A stretch of 64,000 nt of DNA, taken from Octopus vulgaris (Eukaryota). The stretch lies in assembly GCA_951406725.2 (NCBI GenBank), contig OX597830.1:496001-560000 (forward strand), in the 5' to 3' direction. The notes under the pieces are model-generated. The model saw only the letters and a program-made list of their open reading frames with translations. It was not told the DNA's origin and searched no databases. Position numbers and translations under genes: made by a program. This document shows, piece after piece, positions 25,160 through 38,601 of this stretch. How positions within the stretch are numbered: the stretch's first letter is position 1; each line of letters starts with the position of its first letter.

Positions 25160-25895
25160 GACATCCTTCAGTTTTATTTCAAAATTTCTTACCAGTAGAG
25201 AAAGAGCCGGTTTCTAACAAGATCCAAAGAAATTTGAACATTAACAACAGGGTATTTTTGTTTCTGTGTATGGCTGTGCATGAGAAGATTTGTATGTTTT
25301 GCTTTATGTATGTATTTGAATGCGTATACTTGCATATCTAGACATGCTCATATATATTTAAATGCTAAACGTCTGAAAATTTCTACACATTTTTACAGTT
25401 CCAGTGATGGATTGTATCTGTAGTCTTCGAATTAGCTTTCTCCTTTCTGGTTTCGAGAAGCCTAATTTCGCAAGATTGGTATTTAGGAAGTGTGTTACAT
25501 ATCCCAGGGCCCCAATAATTACAGCTATAAAACTGAACTTGTAATCTGGAGTAATTGCAGATTTCTCAATAGTTCAGCGCAAGTATTCTCTTTTTCACTT
25601 TCTCATCTTCACTGTCTCATATTCTCATCTTCAGCTTTATGTTAACATTCGCTAGGCAGCTAATTTCCACAACTGTGCACAGTTTCTCTTTTCTATCCCA
25701 AATCATTATATCAGGTCTGTTGTGCTTACATTTTATTGAGGTCTTCACCAATATTCCACCAATATTCCTTTTTATTATTATGAGTGGCTATGGCTTCTAC
25801 CATACTTTGAGTTCTTATTTGTTTGTCCTCGGCGTAATCCTTCCGACGGATTTCATTATAAAATGTCCTAGCTACAACACCATGTCTCATCGGTA
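25160..25895 (-). mobile_element. R4/Dong-like (RLE) LINE 3' end
   Basis: Y..RHD.V region, HNRPDIMIWDRE.KLCTVVEISC, IIGALGYV; related copy at 47800-48260. Confidence 0.75.
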
Positions 25896-26139
25896 GATAA
25901 GACCGTGATTTGTGTTTTTATGTGTGTGTGTTTGTTTGCATGTGTGTATTGCATGCGTGACTGCATGCAAACACATACTAAACACACACACACATAAAAA
26001 CACACGACCACGAACACACAAACACATAAATATACAAAATACATGGTGGCTGCCCCCTCGTTATCGAGTATGGCCATTGCACGAAGATTAATCAATGTTG
26101 TTATCATGCAATGCCTGTGCAAGAAGATTTTTTTTTAAA

Positions 26140-26576
26140 TGTGGAAAGGCTGTGCACTGAGTCAATCCCACTCACTAAGCAACAGCAGCCATAATCCGAA
26201 AAGAAGAACAAGTCGACATCATCGGTAACCACTGAGCCGCAGGTTTTATGTCGGGGTTATCCCAGTTTCCTGAGTTACCTTCTCCTAGAAGGATGCCCTA
26301 ACAAAGGCTAGGAGTCCTTCACTCCCAATGGTTTAACCACGCGATCGGATATTCAGTCCGATTATTTCTATGTCACCGCGCATGATACAGCCTTAAGACA
26401 TTTATTGGATGGCCGTTGACTCTCAAGAGTTCCTCCGCCATTTGACGGGTTTTATTTTTCATCCCGCAGGGTGTCCAATAAACACCCTCCTCACTAAGCA
26501 AGCTTGGTGGGCTTGCCGGTTTAGACGCCGATGGCCCGACCATGCAACAGGTTGTTACTAGGTCACGTGACCTGAC
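26140..26576 (-). mobile_element. RTE/RTEX-related non-autonomous or 5'UTR repeat
   Basis: Minus strand ctcctagcctttgttagggcatccttctaggagaaggtaactc resembles the RTE 5' motif found in SINE bodies. Confidence 0.4.
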
Positions 26577-26579
26577 AAA

Positions 26580-26610
<31 letters not shown>

Positions 26611-26953
26611 CATAGCACACACATACATGCATAAACAGACTTACATGCAGGCATACAAACATACATATATACATATGTGTGCGCACACACAGTGACCCAC
26701 ACACATGCGCACAGACAAACAAAATAACGCAGCTCCGATAACGGCCAGAATCAATGACTATTGAAAAGGTTACAAGACGCAACGAAAATTTTAGGAAAAA
26801 TAAATAAATGGGTGGAAACTTTACCGGTGGGTGTGTTAAGTAATAAAGGACTAAAAGAAAATGACTCTCCCCAGACAACAAAACATGCTTTAACACACGA
26901 ACTCACATAAAGAATCTTACAAACCAAATCCCCAAACGAAGTATATATATATA

Positions 26954-26989
<36 letters not shown>

Positions 26990-27037
26990 CGTGCGTGTGT
27001 GCGTGCGCGCGTGCGTGCGTGTGCGTGTGTGTGTGCC

Positions 27038-27365
27038 CATGCGAAGACGCTTGGCTTAGTGGTTGACATATTTGACTCACGGTTGTAAGGTCGTGAGTTC
27101 AATTCCCGGCAACGCGTTGTGTCGTTGAGCAAGACACTTCATTTTCATGCTGCTCCAGTCAACCCAGCTGGCAAAAATGAGTAGTACCTATATTTCAAAG
27201 GGCCAGCCTTGTCACATTCTGTATCACACTGAATCTCCCTGAGAACTGCGTTAAAGATACACTTGTTTGTGGAGTGCTCAACCACTTTCACGAGCAGACT
27301 GTTCCGTCGATCCTCGTATCAGCTGGCACCCTTGTCGTTGTAACCAAGGGTGTGCTCCTACCCAT
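27038..27365 (+). mobile_element. SINE family 2
   Basis: tggcttagtggttgacat...gagttcaattcccggc; body matches 24213-24600. Confidence 0.8.
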
Positions 27366-27397
27366 CCTCCTATATATATATATATATATATATATAT

Positions 27398-27720
27398 AAG
27401 TGGTTATATATACAAGTGGTTATATTAGAAGAAATGATGTATTCAGAAATCTGGATGGTTTTATATTTACATATATTTATCTGTATGTTACATGTTTTTA
27501 TACATCATATATCATATATCATCGCTTGGAGTCTTCAAATTGAAGACTCCACTAGAATGGACGAAAGCGCTAATATACGATATATGATGTATAAAAACAT
27601 ATAACATACTAATAAATATCTGTAAATATAAAACCATCCAGATTTCTGAGTACCTCATTTCTTCTAATATATAATATCTGTACATCATCTCCAAACCTTC
27701 TAATATATTTAAGTGGTTAT
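27398..27720. repeat. Inverted pair of PLE-like pLTR fragments with an HHR relic at the axis
   Basis: Arms 27415-27538 and 27540-27670 are reverse complements; TTGAAGA-C-TCCA(CTAGAA)TGGA-C-GAA-AGCGCT-A at 27540-27572. Confidence 0.7.
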
Positions 27721-27942
27721 ACACACACACACACATCATACACATATGTATGTGGATCAAAAATATCTTTTGTGGAAGAAAATTGAAGGCAAAACTTTTT
27801 AAAAGCCTTGTACTGCCTTATGCCCACCATTCTGCACGATGTCATCCAAACTTGATGACGCCCACCCAACACAATTTACTATTATATGAAATCCTATTTT
27901 CGGAAGAAATAGCAAAACATTTAAAAAAGAATCCACATAGAC

Positions 27943-28107
27943 ACAGGCATGGCTGTGTGGTAAGAAACTTGCTTCGTGACCACATGGTACCAGTTTCAAT
28001 CCCATTGCGTGGCACCTTGGTTACCTGTCTTCTACTATTACCTCGGGCCCACCAAAGCCTTGTAAGTGGATTTGGTAGACAGAAGCTGAAAAAAGCTCGT
28101 CGTATAC

Positions 28108-28178
<71 letters not shown>

Positions 28179-28335
28179 CGTGTGTGTCTGTGTTGATCCC
28201 CGTTGTCACGTCTTGACGATCAGTGTTGCCGTGACTTAGCGGTTCGGCAAAACAATCGGTAAACTAAGTTCTGATTTCGATTCATACGACTAAGACCCTT
28301 CAAGACGGTGCTCCATCATGACTGAAACATGTAAC
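27943..28335 (+). mobile_element. SINE family 1
   Basis: caggcatggctgtgtggtaagaaacttgc...; same family as 5223-5634. Confidence 0.8.
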
Positions 28336-29255
28336 AGAATAAAAGAACTGTAAAGGTCTCTGTATATTTTCGGTACGATTCATTCATGTAATCCTTTGAC
28401 TGAAACAAGAATCTTTTTTCTCTGAAAATAAGATACTGACTTTTTGTTAAATGTGCAATATTCAACAACTCAGGTCTAAGAGTTAATAAATTTGAACAAA
28501 AACACAAGGGTTTAAATGGAAACGCTATTTCTTCAAAACACTATTGTCCATTTCTTCGTCCTGCAGCCATCTCTCTCTCTCTCCATCGCCTTCTATCAAT
28601 ATATTATTATAGAAGATAATAGTTTACATGAACATTATGGGAAATAAATTCTTTTTTTAAAAATAAAATATAAAAAAGTAGCAGATATTTATCTCTGTCC
28701 AGAAGGAATTTTGTGGTTTTATTATTCCTTTTTCAATGGTATCAGCGATTAGCTGTTTTTCGAGACGTTCTGTTAAAAACAAATTAACTCACTCAACTTT
28801 ACATGAGTTCACAATAAAGTCTATAAAAAACATAACAATTCTTTCTTGCGGTTTCGGTTAATACTGTGTTTGTTTTCATGTTCCATTGGAGCGTGATGAA
28901 AGAGCGCTCGCCATCGCCGACATTGATTCTGCAATGAATCGTCATTCAGTAAGAACTGAAACTGCGACTGTCCGTTTCCGAATATGTTTCCTCCCCGATT
29001 ATTTGTGTCATCATTTTCAAACATAATTCACAGCAGCAAATAGGTTTCCCGGTTCAAAATTTACGGAAAACTTTCTATTCTGTCTGATTATGGCACGAAG
29101 CAACACTTTTGAGAGAAGGGGTAAGTTGATAACATAGATCCCAATCATCACGAGGTAGTTTATTTTAATGACCCCGATAGGAAGGAGGGCAAAGTTGACC
29201 TCGGCAGGATGTACAGAGTGGAAGAAATGCCACTAAACATTTTATCGGACACACA

Positions 29256-29290
<35 letters not shown>

Positions 29291-29390
29291 GTTTGGGCTA
29301 AATGCGACTGCTTGCATGAATAGTAAAGATAACAAAATATCCAAAAATAATAAAAGTATTTTACGAAATTCAAAAAATGCCAACTATATA

Positions 29391-29643
29391 TATTGGGTTG
29401 AGGCATAATTATTGCGGTTTTGTGTCAACAATTTTTATTCAACAAAAACAATAACAATATTTAACAAAAACATCTTTAAATGACGGTCTGACTGTCTACC
29501 AAGCAAATGGGAAGTAGTAACTGAAGTAGATGGTGAATATGCTCCGGAATAATCATTTAAAGATATTTTTCTTACATGTTGTTATTGTTTTTGTTGAATA
29601 AAATTTGTTGAAAAAGGTCGATATAATCATGCACCAGCCCTGC
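29391..29643 (+). mobile_element. Mariner-derived MITE
   Basis: ~100-bp imperfect TIRs (tattgggttgaggcataatt.../...aatcatgcaccagccc). The core encodes LPSKWEVVTEVDGEYAPE*, like a mariner transposase C-terminus. Confidence 0.75.
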
Positions 29644-29659
29644 GTGTGTATATATATAT

Positions 29660-30830
29660 ATAGGGGAGAATTCATAAAAGAAACGAAAGACGAAGCCAGA
29701 TGTATAATAATACATCTGGCTTCGTCTTTCGTTTCTTCAATGCTCGGGAAGTGAAGAAGTCTTTAACGTTTCGCGCCTACGCTCTTCCTCAGAAAGGAAC
29801 ACAGAAACAAGGAGAAAAAAATAAAGAATGTATAGTGGCTAGCGATCTATCCAGACAGAGGGGTCACACAGGAGAGCTAGGAAGAAGGGAAGATACTAAA
29901 GTAGTGGTGATTGCAAAAGGAATGTGCGCGTGCGTATGTATAAGGGAGCATGAATGTGCGTGAGGTAAAGGGCTGGTGACCTTGACGTGTGCGTGTGTGC
30001 ATGTGTAGGTGTGTGGATGATGATGTGAGGCTGGGAAGTGGTCAGTGCTAGTGGTGATGTGATGTTGGGGAGGCGAGAGTGAAGAAAGCAAGGGTAGGGC
30101 GTGGGTTAGGTTCAGGGTGGGGGCATATGAGAGTGGGTGTAAGGGATGGGGGAATGGGATGAATGCAACAAAGTACGGGCAGGCTCTCCCAAATTTGGGA
30201 GATTGATACCTTTTATTTTAGGCTTTGTTATTTAAATAAATTCTACCGAATCAATGCATTGAGAGTGAAAATTTGTGCGATTTTCAAGTCCAAGGATTGT
30301 GTGAAGGCTAGAAAAATATTTCACGTTGACTGATAAGTAAAGATACAGGCGTATGTGATTAGGTAGTGGGGGGACTGTGTGTATTTGGTTAGTCCAGAAA
30401 AGTTGAGATACAACTGATGGAATATGTCGCGAATCGTTGAATTAAAAATGCATCGAAGCCAATATGTGGAATAGATTTTCTTTGTAGATATGATCTGGGA
30501 TAAGCACAGCTGCCTATATATGTCAACACTAACGTATCATGAGTTTGAGATTATGTATAAAAGAAGCAACTGCTTACGGTCGAAATATGCTTTCCTCTTT
30601 CAGTATTGCAGATTTTAGGGACAACGGTAGATATAGGAGTTCATTATTTCATACGGTAAAGGGGTCGAATTTGTAGAAAGTTTTGGGGAATTTAGCTTGT
30701 GCGACGTTCGAACGATATGTTGATCTGTGTGCTAGTTATTTGTGGAGATTGTTAATTAGTAAAGTTGGAAGAGACAAGGTTGTTATGCTCCATTTTAGAA
30801 AGCTGTCAAGGTCATGTCATTTAAGTGACC
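29660..30830 (-). mobile_element. PLE remnant: pLTR with HHR and possible decayed RT
   Basis: pLTR matches the reverse complement of 55990-56180. Upstream RT traces (FLD*PNTHSPPTT) are weak. Confidence 0.55.
29761..29796 (-). ncRNA. Minimal type I HHR
   Basis: CTTT-CTGAGGA-A-GAGC(GTAG)GCGC-GAA-ACGT-T-AAAG; one mismatch in stem II. Confidence 0.75.
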
Positions 30831-31002
30831 GTTAGCTTTCACATAAATGTTAGCTGTGTACAAAAAATGAAGAAGACACGAAGGATGGTATTATTTACAG
30901 AGAAGTGCGTTTTAGGTGTGGTTCAATTTACCGGAGTCAGTGCATATATAATATATATATACATACATGTCTGCGTGCATATATATATATATATATATAT
31001 AT

Positions 31003-31088
31003 ACGGGTCGAAACGATCGTCGTACTCAATAAAGATTATTGCTAAATCTATCTTCCGTTTCTTTCATCAATTATTATCATTATTAATT

Positions 31089-31092
<4 letters not shown>
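31003..31092 (+). repeat. pLTR-like fragment with the 3' half of an HHR
   Basis: GTC-GAA-ACGATCGT-C (palindromic stem III, GUC site) followed by AATAAA, between (TA)n runs; the 5' core is absent. Confidence 0.45.
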
Positions 31093-31156
<64 letters not shown>

Positions 31157-32410
31157 TATAATACACACATTTATGCGTGTATATGCGTATGCATTAAGTA
31201 TGTGTTACAGGAGCCATTGCGTTTGCATACATTACACAATCTATTAAATGAACATCTATTATATCGTATCACGTTCAACGTACAGTATTGACATCTCGAG
31301 ACATCAACTTTCTGACTTCTTTTCTCATTATGTGTTGAAGCTTCCTTAGGAGAATCTTGGCTCACACAAGCACATACACACATACACACGTTTAAACCCA
31401 CGCGGACACATACATAGATACTTGCAAGCATACATACATATATGCAAATGCATATAATATACAGTATACATAATATATACACATGCAATAGATGCAGATT
31501 TTATGAATACGTATGCATTTGTTAGAAATAAACACATTTATTCGCCACACATTCGGTGTGTGTACCTAAGTATGTGCATATATACATATATTCATACACG
31601 CACACACACATATATATATATGAACAAGTATGCATATATACGTATATATATTTATATGTGTGTGTGTGTGTGTATGTATATACTTACAAAGAAAGAGATA
31701 CTAACAAATACACACATACGCAGAGATATGACGAAAAGAAAGTTGGGTGAAGGGTGGAGGGAAGGACGGGTAGAAGAAATGGATGGTAGTGGTGGTGGTG
31801 GTGGTGGTGGTGAGTGTAGATGAAATCATTGGTGAACAGGAAAAAAAACAGATTCAGGAAATGGAATAAATAAATGTAAAATATGGACGTATAATTGGCT
31901 TAAAGAATATGGAATCCTTGAAAGTGTTAAAGACTCTATTGAATGTGTGATAACATTTGACATTCCAGTGTTGAGGTTGGAAGTTAAGAAATACATTCAC
32001 GTCAACAACAACAACAACAACAACCAAATAAACAACTCACCTAAATAAACAGCTTTAATGGCTACAACTGTTATTTCTATCTCCATCCTCCTCCTCCTCC
32101 GCCTTCTACCACCACCACCACCACCACTACTACCACTACTACTACTACTACTACTAAAAGAACATCATCTATAAAAGAAGCAATACGGAACTGGGCGACA
32201 GTTCAGTAGTGGCAAAAATAGGGAGACAAAATCCTCTTTTCTAATAAAGGCACAAGGCCTGAAATTTTGTGAGGAGGGGACAATTCGATTGCAGTGATTC
32301 GAGCAAATAAATTACAACCTAATCATAAAACCAACATGGACTTTTAACTTGTCTCTTGAGATCTCTGGAAGTTTAGAGTCAGTTTAATAATAATAATAAT
32401 AATAATAATA

Positions 32411-35350
32411 ACGAAACAACGAAATAGACGAAACAACAACACCAATTATAAACAGCATAAACGTAGCCGTCACGGAACTAATAGCCACTGAAACAAAAAG
32501 CGATATCACTGAGCTAAATAACTTAGTATACGCAACAGCCATTGCAGCCACGAAAGAAGCTGGATACTTACTCAAACCCGTCCAAACAGGAGTACCACCA
32601 CCCAAACAAACCCTGTGGATAAATAACATCCAAAACAAAATACAAAAAATAAGAAAAGATCTGTCGATTCTTAATGAAATCAGTAGACAATCAACGCTAC
32701 TGAGCAACAAAAAGAAAACAAAAATACTCCGCAAATACAACATCACACAAAAAGATTTACCTGAGATAAAAGAAAAGCTGAAGCAAGATATCCTTGCCAA
32801 AGCACAAAGGATCCGCCGGTACGAGAAACGCCAGCGCTTCTTTGAACAAAACAAAAAGTTCAACTCCAACCCCAAAAAGTTCTACCAAGAACTTGGCAAA
32901 AATAAAATAGAAATCACTGCAGCACCAACGGCAGAAGAAGTGGAAGAATTCTGGAGAGAAATATGGTCGGCGAACGAACAACCAAAAAAAAAGGAGTACT
33001 AAAATAACAAACGCAGCATCTGAGCAACTTTGGACCCCCATAACAACTGAAGAGGTCACCCAGGCACTTCAAAGACTAAGCAACTGGAAGGCACCTGGGC
33101 ATGACAAGATCCCTAACTTCTGGTTGAAATATCTAACAGGAATGCACAAAAAGCTGGCTGAACATTTTAACAACATACTAGCAGAGCCACAGACAATGCC
33201 TGAATGGCTCACGAAGGGGAAAACCATCTTAATTCCCAAATCAAATGAGACAGCAAAACCAGAAAACTACAGACCAATAACCTGCCTCCCTACGATGTTC
33301 AAGGCATTTACTGCAGTGATATCGCAAAGGTTGAACAAGCACCTAGACGAAAGCAACCTGTTTCCAGAAGAGCAGAAAGGATGCCGCAAAGGCTCATACG
33401 GCTGTAAAGATCAACTAATGATCAATAAAGCCATAACTGAAGACAGCCACAGAAAGAAGAAAGGCCTCAGTATGGCCTGGATCGACTACAAAAAGGCGTT
33501 TGATAGCATCCCCCACATATGGATCCTCGAAACACTAGCCATTAACAAAGTAGCACCAACAATTATAAAATTCATTGGGCACTCTATGAATAAATGGCAA
33601 ACAGTGCTACAGCTCTAAACAAAAGAGGGACTCATGAAAACCAAAGCCATCCCTATTAGAAGAGGAATATTCCAGGGAGACACGCTCTCTCCACTCCTTT
33701 TCTGCTTGGCACTGTCACCTCTATCTGATATGCTAAATAGAACTGGATGCAGATATAAATGTTACGGCAAAACGATCAGCCACCTTTTATGACCTAAAAC
33801 TATACACTGCAAATGACAAACAGCTGGAAACACTATTAAAGACAGTTCATGGATTTACCAAAGAAATAGATATGAAATTTGGATTAGAAAAATGCGCCAA
33901 AGTAACCATGAAAAGAGGAAAACTAATTAAGAGTAGCAACATCACACTAGATAAAACCAATGAAATAAAAGAATTAGACCAAAGCCAAACTTACAAATAC
34001 TTAGGAATCCATGAACTAGATAAGACACAACACACACAAATGAAAGAGAAAATAAAAAAAGAATATTATAGACGAGTTAGATCAATGCTAAAAACAGAGC
34101 TCAATGCTAAAAACAAGATAATAGGTATTAACACTTTAGCTGTCCCAGTTATAAGTTACAGCTACAATATCCTTAACTGGACACTAAATGAACTGACCAA
34201 AATAGATAGGAAAACAAGAAAAATAATGACAGGGTCTAGGATGCATCACCCAAAATCTGACATAGAAAGACTATATATACAACGTATAGAAGGTGGTAGA
34301 GGCCTTATACAGCTGGAAAACTACTATAAAATAACCACCATAGAACTGCAAAAATATCTACTTCAGAAAACTGATACATATATCGGCAAACACGATCAAA
34401 ACAAAAAACTGTTCTCAGTATTTAAGGAAGCTGACAAATACAAACAAGAAATCATACCACCTAATGAATATGAAGAAGAAGAAGAAGAAGAAGACGATGA
34501 AGAAACAACAAAAGCAATAAAACAAATGAAATCCAAACTAAAACTAGAACAGCAAAGAACCATGATAAAACGATGGCAAGAAAAACCCCTTCACGGTAAA
34601 TACTGGACTAAACTAAATGCAAAAGAAATAGACAAAGAAAAATCCCAGCAATGGTTGAGAAGCTCAGGATGGTTGAGAACCCCTCAGCAGAGACAGAGGG
34701 ATTTTTAATTGCAGCACAAGACCAAAGCCTCCCCACCAGAAATTATCAAAAACAGGTAATGAAAAGAAATATAACAAGTAACTGCAGAATATGTGGAGAT
34801 GGACAAGAAACAATAAATCATATTATCTCTGGCTGCCCAGTCCTGGCTAAGAAGGAATATATTCACAGACATGACAGAGTTGGAACCTACATACACAAAA
34901 GCTATGCCAACATTATGGAATAACAACAGAAAAAAGATGGTATAGGCACACACCAGAAAAGGTCACAGAAAACGAGAAAGCATCTATACTCTGGGATATG
35001 CCGATACACACAGATAGAGAAATTAAGGCCAACAGACCAGATATAGTTGTCAGAGATCATGAAGAAAAAAATGCTTTCTAATTGATGTATCAATACCGGC
35101 AGATGACAACGTGTCTCTAAAAGAAATGGAGAAACTTTCAAAATACAAAGACCTGGAAATGGAGGTAACTAGAATGTGGAATCTAAAAACAGAAACAATT
35201 CCTATCATAGTAGGTGCATTAGGCATGATAAAAAAATATTCAGACAAATACATAAGAAAAACACCAGGACTTACAAACACATACAACATACAGAAAATTG
35301 CACTACTAGGCACTGCACACATCCTACGCAGAACACTTTCCATACAATAA
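32411..35350 (+). pseudogene. Dong RT-RLE ORF with frameshifts, a stop at 33616 and a deleted YMDD
   Basis: ORFs 33124-33618, 33872-34708, 34651-34923 and 35111-35350. caccttttatgacctaaaac at 33781 lacks the bases for YMD. Confidence 0.9.
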
Positions 35351-35445
35351 CCATCAGAGCATCACAACAAATCACAGCACATACCCAAGGCACACAGAGC
35401 TGCGCTCGGTAGTGAAGTGAAAGCACGTTATAAAAAATAAAACTA

Positions 35446-35448
<3 letters not shown>
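32411..35448 (+). mobile_element. R4/Dong-clade non-LTR retrotransposon, 5'-truncated, inserted in (TAA)n
   Basis: WKAPGHD, NYRPITCL, EQKGC, WIDYKKAFDSIPH, RGIFQGDTLSPLLF, GGRGL, CRICGDGQETINHIISGC (CCHC), RHD, NRPDIV..LIDVS (RLE). (TAA)n at 32386-32410 and 35449-35512. Confidence 0.95.
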
Positions 35449-35541
<93 letters not shown>

Positions 35542-35569
35542 AAGAAAAAAGAAGAAAAAAGAAGAATCC

Positions 35570-36150
35570 GAGAAGTTACCTATGTGAGTTGTCTCCCTTG
35601 ACTATGACTTTCATGTGTTTTTTTTTTCACCAGGAGCATATAGAAGATATTCTATTGCGCCTAAAGACCGACGCTGACCCGCGAGCTAACAGCACACATA
35701 CCTCGTGTATGTGTATTCGATTTTGTTTATATACCTTGAGCTGCTTCTAATCCATTTTTGATTTTTTTCCCCCTGCGATGAAATATTGGGACATGCCAGC
35801 AGATGCCAGTGTTTAAACCATTTAGGATATAGTCACTGGAAATGTTACCGGTGCGTGTGTTAAATTAAGGCACAAAAAGAAAATGACTCTCCCCAGACAC
35901 AATAGCATATACTCACAGCCGACATTATAGCTTGTAGCCGGCCTTGTTCGGCATGCGGCATGGATAAATCACACCAATCGCTCCGAGAAGGGACCTATTT
36001 GAGTTGCCTCGTTTAACTATAACTTATTTTCAGGTTTTCTTTTTTACACCAGGGGCATAGAGAATATATCCTCCTATGTCTAAAAGCCGCGGCCCACTCA
36101 CGAACTCACAACACACATACTCTGTGTATGCGTGTTCGATTTTGTTTAGA
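35570..36150. repeat. Unclassified diverged ~415-bp partial tandem repeat
   Basis: 35570-35730 resembles 35986-36150; 35838-35900 resembles 26814-26880. Confidence 0.65.
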
Positions 36151-37155
36151 GCTAAAGAAAAATAATATCAACAATAACATCTCTCACCGCAACTGCTATT
36201 GACACCACAAAATGGTGGCCTCTATCTGGTACCCCAATCAGCGAAAATGGCTGGCAAATCTCACTTAAACCGTATCCAATTGCCTTAAACAATAATTCAC
36301 TGGATAATGTAGTCCAGGATATGCTATTTCGGAAAAGATGCTGAGTTGGTCATGGTTTGAATATCTGTCATCAATCAACTTGAAGTTACATAATAACAAA
36401 ATAACGACCACAACAACAACAGCAATCGTAATAGTTATTATGACTACGCTGCCACTATGGCCACCATCACCACAACTATGAAGGATATCAACGTGGTCAG
36501 TTGCCTTTCGATATTTGGCTAACAAATATCTCACGATAACATAAGGACCCACCATACCGACTCCTAAAAAATGGCAGGATTGTCACGGTTACCATGCCTT
36601 GCCTCATATATCTATCTTCTCCGTCATCGGTTTTATCTGGCTTTAAACAACAATAAAAGCTATTTATATTTACAGCGACTATGATGGCATCACCAACCAA
36701 ATCTAAGCCTCTTGTGAGAATTAAAAATATAATTATATGTGTGTGTGTGTTTGTATGTGTGTCTGTGAAGAATCAGGGGAATACCATACAAGGAGCAAAT
36801 CAAAGAAAGGCAAATGAGTCACCTTCAGCTGCCACAAGCCCCACGTTTTATCCAATAACATTAAGATAGCAATATTATTGTACAAAAAAAAGAAAGAATG
36901 GTTTCTCCAAGAATCACTTTGAGCGAAACAAAAAATAAAAGCATATACTTCGCATCATGTGATCGTGCGCAGAACAGAGAAGCTATACTAAAGAAAACAG
37001 TCACACAGTTACAATTCGTTTGATTGTACATGTAGGAGGGTGAACTATGTTTGGGTAGCAGTAGTATTCTGCCACGTACACCGTCCCTTCTACATAGTGT
37101 AACATGAACCCAAATTCGCAGAAAAACTCACACAGCAGACAAACAGAGAAAGAAT

Positions 37156-37242
<87 letters not shown>

Positions 37243-37978
37243 AGCAACAATATTGACAATTGCAATTGACCAAACATTGTTTTGGTGTGGTTCACCATCA
37301 AAGGCCAAGGAATAAGTCTAAAATTCTAACTTTAGCAAACACCAGGTTTGGATTTGTTGTAACTTTTCAATATATTTCCAACTGATACTATTATGTCGTG
37401 AGTCATTGGCACCCCTAGCGGATTAAACACTGAACTAACGGAACTCTTTTAAAGAGTACAGGTCGGTAGTAGTCGGAGGTGAGAGAACGTTTTGGTAGTC
37501 TCGCGAAGTACGTCGTGTGAACACATTGATTAAAACTCCGCTGCATATATGTACCAACCTGTGGCAGGATATAAAAGATACACAACTGGAATGAAATGTG
37601 CGATGCATGGAATGATATGTTAGTTTGAAAGGAGACCAACTGTCAGCCTAGAAATAAACACATATTAGAAATATAGGGAAATAATAGCGAAAACGACTGC
37701 AGGGTCATAACTAGAACAGTTATGATTATGGTAGCATTTCGTCAGAGCAAGCGTTAGGGGTGTGAAACAAAAAAGAAAAAAAACACCAGTTCGGAAAAAA
37801 AGGGGAAGAGAAATTATAATAGGCTGACATCGTCTTGTTTCTTATTGATTGTACAAGGCAAGTTCCTGTAGATGTAGAAAAAGAGTGCAAATTGAATCCT
37901 GTTTCTGTTTAAGTAAATTGGCTGTTTGCGCAAATATGGCGAGTTGGTCGGCTTGATGGAGTCTCATAAAATAATACA

Positions 37979-38108
<130 letters not shown>

Positions 38109-38542
38109 AAAAAGAGCATGACAATAATACAGAGCAGTATGACAGTAAAGCCGTCAGAAATTTACAATAACAATACAGTAAAAACAAAAACCAGTAACAA
38201 CAAAAGCAACAACAAGAAACTAGCAACAATAAAGTAACAAAAATAGAGTACAAGAAAGTAACAACAACAACAATAACAACAATAAAACAGAAACTCATAC
38301 AACTGCACACACATATATGAAAACAACAACCAAAGTACTGATGGCAGGAGAAGATAAAGTTTGTATGGGAAGCCATTAAATAGTGAAGATATTGCAGTTA
38401 AGACCAACTTTATGGAACGTCAAATTTGAAAAATAAAACAAAAATATTTGAAAATATTAAATAAATAATATTAAAGATATAACATTTACTTAAACAAGCT
38501 TCGATGACCTGTCCTTAGATAAACCAACGATTATTATTATTG

Positions 38543-38599
<57 letters not shown>

Positions 38600-38601
<2 letters not shown>

